From the human T2T-CHM13v2.0 reference genome, Homo sapiens: a DNA stretch of 64,000 bases. Below the pieces are notes generated by a model. That model was given only the letters and a program-made list of their open reading frames with translations. It made no database searches and was not told the DNA's origin. Position 1 is the first letter of the stretch. The number at the start of each line of letters is the position of its first letter. The position numbers and the translations under genes are program-made. The stretch lies in the NCBI RefSeq assembly GCF_009914755.1, contig NC_060947.1, one strand, 5' to 3'. Below are positions 38,400-49,799 of the stretch, piece by piece.

Positions 38400-39000
38400 T
38401 CCACAGGGATCCTGGGGGAGCTACAGTCTAGTGAGGGGAGACAACAAATCAACCAGTCATGCAGTGTGTTTGAGCATGGTGAGTGCTGTGGAGAGGAAAG
38501 GGCCAGAGTATGGGAGAAAATGGAGGCCCAGGGTAGGGTGGGAGGTGATCTGCCATTGTTAATAGAGTGGTACTGGTGGATCTCATTGAGAAAGTGACAG
38601 AAGACATGGGAGTTAAAAGGTGAAGGGGGAGAGGGAGTGAGCCTCCTGTCTATCTGGAGGAAGAGCCCTGCAGGCAGAGGGTGTAGCAAGTGCAAAGACG
38701 CTGAGGCAAGAGAGTGCCTGGTGTGCTGGGGGAACAGCAAGGAGGCCTGCCTGGCTGCAGTGCATCAGGCAAGGAGGAGAGTGGTAGGGGGTGGGGGTGA
38801 AAAAAGCAATGGCAGGGGTGGAGTGGGGTGCAGGGCACATCAGATAGGGCCGTGATAAGAGCCATGGAATGGACAGTGGCATTTACTCCAAGTGGGATGG
38901 GAGCCCTGGCAGGGCTTGCAGCAGGGAAATGACAAGATTGAACTGAGTTTTAATGCAACCCTCTGGTTGTTTCCTGGAGAATAGGCTTTGGTGGGGTGAA
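38400..39000 (-). mobile_element. L2 fragment
   Basis: 'gagctacagtctagtgaggggagacaa...gcaagtgcaaagacgctgaggcaagagagtgcctggtgtg...gggagccctggcagggcttgcagcaggg'. Confidence 0.8.
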
Positions 39001-42000
39001 GGGAGGAGCTGGAGAGCAGCAATCCTGGTGAGACACGAAGGGGGCTCAGCCAGGAGGAGAGTGGAGAGGTGGTTTGAAGGATGTGTCCTTGCCAGCCTCT
39101 CATGCTTGCCTGGCTCTGGCTGGGGTTCGTTAGGGCTGGGGTTCTTGAAGGGCCCTGTCTAAGAAGGGAGTAGGAATCCAGTTATATGAGTTCACGCTCA
39201 TCAGGAACCTGGCATATTTGATTGAGAGATATGTCCAGTGATGCCCTGTTGGAAGCTGCTCATGAACAGGGCTTGGTCCTTGACACTTGGTGGGCAAGTA
39301 ATTTACAGGGGAAATGACAATGTTAATCCTGGCCCCTGGGGTGCTGGCAGTGTGGTCAAGGAGACCCAACACACACAGGGATGGGACCCAACACAAGCTA
39401 AGGAAGGGTCCACCCCCAGCCCTGATGTCTGCTGGAACAAAGAGAAATGAAAAAAAAAAAACAAAAAGCGGCGGGGGGGTGCGGGGGGTGCTTTTGGAGA
39501 TGGTTCAGGAGAACACACCCGGGAGCACACATTCAGATCCTAACACCCATCACAAAAGTGACCATCATTGCACATGCACAGGAGCTGACATGCCCACTCA
39601 CACCTACAAGCATGTGCACACACAGGCACGAATGCGTCACTCACGCTATCATACACCATGCAGAGCCTTTACCACGGGCCACAGCCCACTCCCAAGCCTC
39701 ATCTTCCACCAGCCTCTGCTTCTCTCCTTCCCCACCCCGACCAAGTCACCTTCCTCAAATAGGCTGTTTCACACTATATCGTCGTGCTTTTTTGCACATA
39801 TTCCCTCTGCTTTGGAATAATCTTTTTCTCTGACCTCCTTTGACAACTGGTAGCCTCATGCTGTAGCACCCACTGAGCACATCGAACTGGCATTACTTCT
39901 GCATTTATCCCTCTTCTCTGCAGTGGGAGCTCCCTAGGGCCTTGTCCGTCTTGTTTACCACTAGATCCCCAGATCAGTGCCTGACATGTACTAAGTGCTC
40001 AATAAATTGTTGAATGAATGCAGCCCTTTAAAGAGTAGAGGGTCTAGGTGTTGACAGGGAGGCAGATCCAAGATAAGGTGGCCAGAGCAGCCTGGGCCCC
40101 CTTCTCTAAGAGGCAGCAGTGATGACATCCCAGGGAGCTGTCAGGAGCCCCTGCTGTAGCTCCACAAGGCCCAGGGTCTGGCTTGCCTCCCTCTCCAGGC
40201 CTAAGGGAACTTCCTGGGACTGGGAGTGGGGGTTGGAGGGGAGGGGACAGGGAGAAGGAGCAGATTAATCTGGGGATTAATTGAGGGACTTGGCGGCCCA
40301 ACAGCACGTGCTTGGGGCAGCGTCTCTAATGGTTTAATCAGATTACAGGCCTCGGCTCATGGTGTGTCCCAGCAGTGCCCAGCTCACCCTCAACAGCGAC
40401 TCAGTTCCATGGCTCTCAGGTTAGAGCCCACACCCTGTGGTCGGGACCCATTTGGAAGTCCAGCATCTTGAGCCTCCACTGTGGGGACTCCCTGTCTGTC
40501 CAGTCTAGCAAGGTCCAGGCCCACTAAACAAGCTCATTCGAAGGGCACCGGGTTTGCATTTAAGACCAAAATGGGTTCAAAGCTAAGCTCTGCCACTCTC
40601 TAGCTGTGTGACTTCGGGCAAGTTATTTAACCTTTCTGAGCCTCAGTTTTCTCGTTTGTGAAAGGGTACAGTAACACCTCCTTCAAAGCATTGATGTCAG
40701 GATTAAACAAGATGCATTAAGTGAAAGTGCTTTGGAAGTGCTCCTTGTTGCTGGTGGAGCCTGTCAACCCTTTCTTCTCGCTGGTCCAGTTCAGCTGAGA
40801 CCAGAGGTGAAGAATTCAGAAAAGAAAAGAATCATAACAATAACAGCAACAATAATTAGCAGCCATCCTAACAACAAACATGTGTGTGGGCACTTTAAAG
40901 TTGAGAAAGCACTTTTTTAAATGATCTTATTTAATACCTAGGACAGCCCTACGAGGTAGGCAGATGGGGGATGAACAGCCTCTGTTTGAAAGACAAGAAG
41001 TCAAGCAAGGCCAACAGGAGAAATGATTAGCCTCAGTCAGTGGCCGGGGCTTGTGCCCACAGAGGGAGTCCCGCCTGCCCCGGTGTGGGTAGGATGGTCA
41101 GGTACCAAATAAGTTAGGGGCCTCCAGGCTGAGCTCCCGGACCACCAGACAGCCTAAGGGTGGGAGCACCCGGCCTTGCCACTTCTCCTTTCTGCTTGAG
41201 GTTGTGCCAGGAGGAGCTGGGCTGAGGCCCTGGGGTTCGGTGAAGGTGAGAATCTGACCCAGCCGCCCCGACCCCACCATGGATCTGAGGCCTGAGAAAT
41301 CTCAGACCCCAGGGCTGGGGCTGGGTAGGGCCGAAGGTGTACTCCATTGAGATATACCTGCAGGAAAGCCTGTGGCTCTCCTGGAAGCCAGGCCAGGTAG
41401 GCAGACTGGCTGAGGGGGCAGCCCGGTGCACCAGGGCACAGATGGAGGTGCCTCTCCGGGAGCAGACTGGCTTCCGGCCTCCTCTCCTCTCGCCCCCGGT
41501 AGTTTATTAGGAGTAATTTGTTAAGCTGTTCCAACTTGTCAGCAGCCACTTCAATGCTTCTGCCTCCTGCTTGCTTTTTTGGGGGGTCCAAAAATGTCAG
41601 GAGCCGAGGGCTGGGCTAGTGAGAGAGAGGAGATTGTCTGAGAAACACGCCTCCAGGGGAAGTGGGTGCCCAGTCCTCTCTCCACCACAGGGTGAAGAAG
41701 CCTTACCCCCACAGGGTGCCATGTCTGAAGGGAAGAGAGATGGGATAATGAGCCTCCTGCCCTCACAGCCCACCCTGCTCCAGTTTTGCTCCAGTCTCAG
41801 GGATACCTCTGGATACTCAGAGGTATCCAGGGAGGAACTGGTGGCTGGGGTAGGGGCAGGTTTTCGGGCAGCCTCTGATGGATAGGGGTAGAGACTGGGC
41901 CTGGAAATGAGGTGGAGATGGTAGGGGGTGCTGGGTTGTGGAATATTTGGGCCTCAAGCTGTTATTTGGAGCTTGGCTCCAGGTGGGGCGTCAGAAACCT

Positions 42001-45000
42001 GTGTGCAGGAGGAAACTAGATAGGAGCACAGATACGCACTCAGGGCCATCACACGGTGCCAGGCGCTGAGCTCTAGGCTTCACTGGCATTAGCTCATTTT
42101 GTCCTCATAACCATGTTGTTTGACAGGTGGGGAAACTGAAGCTCAAAGAGGTAAAGTGACTCGTTCAAAGTCATGCAGGTAGAAAGTGAAAGGGCTAAAT
42201 TAGAACACAAATCTGGTCAACTCCAAGGCCTTCAGAGAACCAAGAAGTTCCGTCTGGTGGGCAGGCAGGCAGGTGAGAGAGCAGCTCATCAGCTCTCCTG
42301 GACTCAGGCCCTTCCCTGGGCCCTGGTTTCCTGCCCCTAGAAGAAGCGAGAGCTGCACCGGAGGGTCCTGGAGGATTTCTCAGATCAATGTTAAACTCCT
42401 TGCCATGGCCAGTCTGCCAGCTAGTCAGGGCTGGGAGGCAGGAAGGCAAGCCTGGAAGAGTTCAAGCCACCCTAGGATGAAGGAGGCGTGGTGGGGGGAT
42501 GGTTCCTGAGAGAGCCAGGCCCATAGTACCAGACCAGGTGCGGCTTTGAGCAAGACTTGGCAAGAGGAGACAGGTCTGATGCGAGCTTTGGCTCTTAATC
42601 ACTGCTCCCTCCCTCCTGCACGCCCTGCCACCCTCCCAGGAGCTGGGCACCATGGGGGGCTGGGAATGGGAAGGGCCTGCCTGCCACATCCCCTCCTCAC
42701 CCTGTCCCTGCCCCATGGACTGTGGGGGAAACTCATTAGCTCGAGGGGCGCCCTGGCCCTCCCCTCACAGCTTGTCACACAATTAGCCACCCTCTCTGTA
42801 CAAGTTGCTGTGTAATTATTGGGTCTTGGCGGGCTCAGGGCCATGTAATTAGCCTGCCCCAGCCTCCAACTAGCTCTCAGGGTCATTAGTGGGCCCACTG
42901 GAGGTAGGCGGATGGGCAAAGCATCTGCATGACAATGCACACATTGTGGCGCCTCTGCCTGCACCCAGGGCAGAGGGGCAGCTGGTGCCATTGTGTGGCC
43001 CAGCTCCTGGGCACATCTGCCCTCTACCCCAACCTCCTGCTCCAAAGCACCTCCAAACTGGCCAGTCCATCACAGGTTACGAACCCTTTTTTCCATCCTT
43101 TCTCTCCTGCAAGCTTCAAAATAACCCTGGATATAAGCACTCTGCTCATCCCCATTTCACAGATGAGGCAACTGAGGCTTAGAGAGGTGCCAAGACTAGG
43201 ATCACTCAGCTCAGAGGTGGTGGAGCCACAGTTGGAACCCAGATCTGCCTCACCCATTCACTTTCTCCCCATGGTGAGCCTGGGAACAGACTGACTCATG
43301 AGGGTAAAGGCTTAATAGCTCAGCCAGGGGCTGCCCTGGGGAGCCTCTTTCACTCCCAGGGGCCTCTTTCCCTGGTCCTGAAGCCCTCTGCCAGCCTGCT
43401 CCTGGGCCACTCCACAGCCTCTTCTTGAGCCCTCCTTTCAGGAGTTGTCAGAATTCTCCCCCAAGCCGGCAAGATGGGTGACTCTCCTAAGCTTTTGGAC
43501 TTCCAAGGGAAGAGCAGCCAAGACCCTCTTGGTACCTTTGACTGTCCGAAAATGTCCTTTCTCTTTGTAGCCAGTTGCATCCTTGGAGAGCTGACCGTGA
43601 GCATTCCTAGCTTCACGATGATATTCCTTCAGTGAGATACCATCCCCCACCTGCCCCACCACGTTCCCCTCCCAGTCTGCCTCTCTGCTGCCCTGAGTGA
43701 CCTTTCACATCTCCCACCCTAACCCGCAGTCTGGGAGCCTGGGCTGTGCCATCTCCATTAGGATCCTCTGTATGGTTGGTGGAGGTCAGAAGGGAGGAGG
43801 CAAGGGCTCCTGGATGCTGAAGCCATGACGCTTTGCAGAGGCCTGAGGTACATTTACCATGGGACCTTGGCCACCCAGGTTCATGGCCCCTGGCTCTGGC
43901 CATTTGGCACTGTGCAGATCTTGAACAGGTTCCCTAACCTCTCTGAAGTGCCCAGGAGTTGTGAAGATTAAATGACATAACTCTGACAAGTGCCTACTTC
44001 TGCTAGTGCAGGGCACAAAGCAAGAAAGTAAGTTCCTTTCCCAGTTCCCAAGAACCACTGGCCTCTAAAGCTGATCCCTCTGAAGCTTCCATTTCTCCCA
44101 GGGCTCCGAACAAAAAGTCCCCACAGAGCCCCACTGTTCTGCACCTTGCCCCTCCCTGCCGCCTGCCCCCGGCGACCCCCAGCCACCTTCCAGCTCCCCC
44201 TGAACCCTCTCCCCATTTTGAAGGCTGCATTATCCTGGCTGCAGGGAAATTAGTTGTTCCCTTGAAACCCCCTGCCCCGCCCTCCCTGCCCCCCCTTCCC
44301 AGGGCTGGTGACAAGTATGTGGGACTTAATTGGCTGGCATGAAAGGCAGCACTGACATTAATTGGCTACATTTGGCAGGCAGGCCCCCAGCCTTCCCCTC
44401 CTCTCTCCAAACCCCTACCGCTTCCCAGGAACCTTATCAATCCCACCACAGGGACCAAGAGCTTCGAGGCCCCTGCCAATTAGGCACTTTTTGCTCCTTT
44501 TCTTCCCCTGATGGGGTTTCGTTAGAATTTATGACACTCTATAGGGCTGGGGCTGAGGGGGGTGGGAAGCAGGAGATGGGAAGGCTGGGGGGCCCATTCC
44601 TATGGAGAACAGGCTGGGGGAGGGGAGGGGAGGGTGCGGACGTGAAAAGGACACTTGGGATTAGGCCCTGAGGCTGGAGGGGAGGGGGTCTGAGATGCAG
44701 GATGTAGGGCTGTGGGGGAAGGGGAAGGCGCTTTGGCCAGGCCAAGCAGACTGATTTAACAGGCACTGCGTGCACATTTGGAAGAAGGTTTGTACAAGTT
44801 TGAGGCCATCCTGTAACAGGGCTCCGGGCTAGAGCCAGGAGCCCTTTGCTTCCCACCTCTCCCTGCTTACCCTTAGGTCAGTCACTGGCCCTTTCTGGAA
44901 CCTAAAGGGGTGAGGCAAGGTCTGTGGTTCCCATCTCAAGCTCATGCCATGAAAACAGCTGGAGAGGCATCTGAGAGTCGGCACAGCACTTCCAAAGGGT

Positions 45001-46852
45001 TTGGACTGTTGTGCCTGTAGCAGCTCAGTGTGTCCTGGCCAATCTCAAGCTGGCCAGAAGTGTTGACTGGCAGCCGAATCAAACTGTTGTCGACTGTACA
45101 ATCAAATTGGGAAGATAAATGAATTGTTACTCCATGAATTCTGTGTGTTTGGAAGAATAAATCTTTCAAAGCCCAAAGCAGTTGGTGAAGGAGGTTCCCA
45201 ATGATGCTAAGGGGGACCCAGTGGCCCAGATGGGCTGGCACAGGTCCGGAAGGAGGCAGGGACCAGGGACCACCTCTTGTCACCTTCTGAAATCACCCTT
45301 GCAGCCATCCTAGCTGCGCTGGTGGGCAATGGGAAACATACAGTGGATGTGGGACTTCCAAGTACATCTGGATACAGATGTGCTCTTTTGGCAAAGGAAG
45401 GCCTTGGGCATTTCGAATCTGTACTAGCATTTTGGTGCTGAGAAGAGGATCAGATACTATTCTTATAGGCCTGTGTCATTCACTGCTTTCACATTTACGT
45501 ATGTGTCTCTTCTTCCTTGTTCTTTAAAAATATGCCTGCTTCTATTTTTGTTTTCCCTTCTTTCAGGCCACATATGAACCTCCCATTCTCCTTAGTCTCG
45601 GAATTACCTCTTCTCACGTGGGTACTGTCCCTCATTCTTTTCTTTGGCTTCTCTGAAGTCTAAGTTCCAGGTCCCCAGAGTCCATGCCCTCGGGGGCCCA
45701 GCCCTCCCTCTTAGTGAGAAGTGGCCCTGGGCAGACACGCTTATTCCTCCTAGGGGACCAGTTCCTCCCTCTCCTCAGCTGGGTCTCTCTTGTGGGCCAG
45801 AATTAGGTCTAGACAAACCACTGACCTCCCCCTCCTTCTGCCCTCTGAGAGACCCATGGTCACCAAAGGCCACCAAGAATGGCACAGCCATTTCCTCTCC
45901 AGCAGCAGGGGCCTGATACCCACTGCAGTCTGGAGAGAACATGCCCGCTCCCAACCACCCATTGCTGCTCCGTTTTCACAAGGGACAGCTTTCACCTAGG
46001 AGAAGAGATGGAAACAGCCCATGTCCCCAAGGTGTGCAGTTTCATCACCAGGATTTTTTGGTCACTCAGGACCCATTCTGGTTCTTGTCTGATGGTCTCA
46101 CTGGCCCCATGCATGACTTGGCTAGACTGGGCAGTGGTGGGTGGGGCTGAAGAATCTTAACAGGCACATCTTGCACACAACTCACCTCTCACCTGTGCCC
46201 TTTGCCTCCTTGGACAGAGGTTTCCCAGTTCCCAAACTCATCTCTGTTTCTACTGAAATGCTGTTATTACTATGACTGTGACTGCTATTAGATAATTATG
46301 ACAATCACCAGTTTTGAAGGTATATGATGTTCCAGGCATTATTCTAAGCACTTTATATTAACCAAATTAGTTCTTATGACAATGCTCTAAGACAGACACT
46401 TTTATCGTTCTCATTTTACAGATAAAGAAACCAAGAACAGAAATGTTGCTAGTCCCAGGCCATACAGCTAAGCAGAGGTAGAGATGGGTTTCAAATGCAG
46501 GCTGGTGTGTGTGACTTGGATTCCTGTGCCCCCGACCTTTGGGAGGGGCTGAGGGTGTCCTCCTTACCTGCTGGTTCAGATGTGTGCTGGCAGGGAGCGT
46601 CCATGGGGAACATGTCCCCTCTCTTTGTTCCCTTGATTTCATGACATTGACACTGATGCCCCTCAAGTCCTGTGAACCCTCATTATTCTTGTATGACACT
46701 CCATCTAAGAGCTCTGAACTCCCTTAGATGATGACGTGTATTCCATCTAATAAGATGGAACCTCCTCTGCACACCCTGGGATTGGCAGGGGAGAACCAGC
46801 AGAACACAAACTTGGCCACAACCTCAGGCCTCAAAGCTCACGGACAAAGACA

Positions 46853-47160
46853 TCAGTGGCCACCAGGATTGGGTTTTAGGACCTTTAGAAGCCTTAAGCC
46901 CTAAACAGACTGCAGAGCCCTCCCCCTCTCCCACCCACTGGCCATATATAATTAAAATTAAAAACAATACTAGCTCATAAAATACATGTAAGGAAGTCCA
47001 ACAAAGTTTTGATTTTTCCCAGGATACTACTTTGATGCTTGAAAAAATATATCAAATTCTTTTAAGATATTTTGTTCTCTCTTTTATGCGTGCACACATA
47101 CTGCTATGCTAGGGCCTTCAACGCAGGCTGTCTGCCTATCCCAGAATCCAGCGCTGCTGT
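46853..47160. mobile_element. Probable hAT-Tip100-type non-autonomous DNA transposon
   Basis: AT-rich core with 'cagtggc..ggatt...agaagccttaagccctaa' at one end and 'agggcc...aatccagcgctg' at the other, suggestive of TIRs. Confidence 0.45.
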
Positions 47161-47344
47161 CCTCACTGTTGTCTTCGTTTTGCTGGTAAAGTGCTATCTT
47201 CTCACCTCTCCCCTGATACTGCCTTCTTGCTGAATTCCTGCCTCCAGAGCCCCATGCTCCCCTCCCCTGGTCTGCTTACCACTGCTCACCTGCCAACCTG
47301 TTGGTCAGGGTTGATAATTAACAATATATCAACCACTCCTCTAA

Positions 47345-47610
47345 GCCTTGTTACCCAAAGTCTGGTCAGTGGAGCAACAGTAGCACCTGGAGTCTTATTA
47401 GAAATGCAGAGTCCCAGGGCCCATCCAAGACCTACTCAACCAGAATCCAGAGTTTAACAATTTCACCAGGTGTTCTGCATGCAAGTTAAAGTTGCTGCTC
47501 CAAGGCAGTTGTTCTCCGTGTGTGGTCCCCAGACCAGCAGCTTCAACACCCCTGGGAACTTGTTAGAAATGCAAATTCTTGGGCTCCACCCTAGTCTGGA
47601 CTCTAGAGTT
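47345..47610. mobile_element. Two adjacent MER5-family MITEs
   Basis: Twice 'cctgg.a.cttrttagaaatgca.a.tc..gggc.cca.cc.ag'. Confidence 0.8.
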
Positions 47611-49799
47611 GGAGAAATATTGCCTCTCTAAGATACACAAAGCAGGACACCCTCCTGGAAAAGTCTCAGGCCTTTGGGTCACACCCCTCCACCTCCATGA
47701 AGACGGACACCAGGCTGACTGAAGTGTCTGCGAGAGATCCTGGACTGCCTGATGATTGTTTAAGCATCTGAGGTCATGGTGCCAGCTCTGGAAAGTGGTG
47801 ACAGATGTTCGGGGGATTTTTGTGGGCTGTCATTTATTGAGCACCTACTATACGCTAGGGATGACCAGACATATTCACAGATATATTCTTCATCTAATCT
47901 ATAGGCCACCCTATGGGTTAAGAGTTTAAAGATGAGGAATCTGAGAGCTCGCATGAAGAATGGAAGGTTTACGCCAAGATCTGCTGGTGTCCAAGTCTAA
48001 TGCCTTTTCATAGAACTTCTGCTGCCCAGGGTGTAGTGTTCTAGAAATAATAAGAATGCTTACTACATGCCAGGCACTATTTTAACTGCTTTACCAATAT
48101 TAGGTCATTTAATCCCACAACAACCCCATTTTACAGATGAGGACGTTGAGTCACATAGAGGATAACTTACCCACTCAAGCTCTCACCGATACTTAAGTGG
48201 GAGAGTTGGGATTCCAACCCAGGCAGAGTGACACTAGAGGTCTTGCCTACAAACCAGAGTTATTTTGCTGTCCCTTTAGAAGCCAAGCACAGGTCAGGGA
48301 ATGAGAACAAAAGAGGGAGTTTGCTGGCCTTGATAGGTTTATTGAGGTGGTTTATGTTTGATTTCCCCAATTTGCAGCTCAGCTGTTTAACTGGAATCTC
48401 CTCTCTAGCTGTTTAACTGGATACTCCCAGGCAGTATCAGCTCGGGGCTGCAGACTCCTCTCCTATTCAGTCCAGTGCTTCTCTCACTCCACTCTCTAGT
48501 CTCCTTAGAGTCCCCTGTGGCAATCACCTGCAGCTCAGGCTTATCCTCTGGGCTTCCCAGCCAGCATCCAGTTGGCCAGCCCAGGGGCCCCAATCGGCCA
48601 AGAAGGCAAGAAATAGGAATCATACTGGTCCTGGAGTCCCCAGGGGCAAAGCTTAGGTAGGATCCTGATGGATGCCTCCTCTTGGATATGTTCCATGCAT
48701 CCTTCTCCTCAGCGGTCAGATTTCCCACCCCTTTCTCCGTTGGACTCCTACCTGCCCAGGAGTCAGCAGGTTCCCAGCCTGGCACAGATAGTTGGCTGCT
48801 AGCTTCCTGTGCTGACAGGTGGAAAGATAGGCAGCTGGACAGCTAGGCAAGCCGCTGGGTCAGCTGGCCTTCATCAGGGTGCCTCAGGGCCACAGCGCTC
48901 CTTCCAGTCATAATGAGATGCTCCCAGCTGACAGCTCTACAGCAACTGATGGTTTACTAAGACTCAGTGCATTCTCCCAGTGAATCCCCACAACCATCCT
49001 GTGAGGGAGGCTTTCTTACACTCATTTTTCAGGTGAGGAAACTGAAGCAGTTCAGAGAGGCAAAGCAACCAGACAGAACATACACAGACCTGCTTACACA
49101 GTCCTATGCCAATCTGGTACTCTGTAAATGCCACCAAAACCCCAACCTCAATTCCGTTTGGGAGATATTAGGGCCAATTTCTTGGCAGAAATGGAGTGGC
49201 TGGTAGAGCTGAGAAATCTCCAGGCAAAGGTGGTGGAAGGCCAACTATGCTTTATGCTGGTCAGATATGGGGATCCAGGAAGCCCTACTCTCTTGTGTCT
49301 CTCCTGTATCTGGCTCTGATGGGAAGGGAATGAACCAGTTGCTGTGGCCATGCTCCCATAGATCAACCTTACCTCCCTGATGGCCTCCTTCCCTCACTCC
49401 TGGTCCAGACACCTGCAGTGACTGCTCCAAGCACAGAGGGCTCTCAGGAACTGCCACATGCCCTGTCCTTCTCTCCCAGGTCTGGTCTTACCCTGTGAGT
49501 GCCCTGGCTATTCTATCAGAAACAAAGCCACCAACTTCTATCTTTTCACCAAAACTATCCTCCCTTTAACTCCAGATTACAAACAGAACGTCGAGTCCAC
49601 TTTTAACAACTTTCTTCAATGGATGCCCTGCTTTTTGCCTTTGTCCAGCTTGGCTTCTGTCCTATGTCCAATGCCCCCTCTTTCACAGAAAGTCATGCTA
49701 ATGACTCGAAGCCTCCTTCTCCTTTCTCAGCTCCACTGCCCTCCAGAATATTGGCTGGCCTTCTCCAGTTGCCATAGCCCCAGGCCCTCAGGCCTTTCC

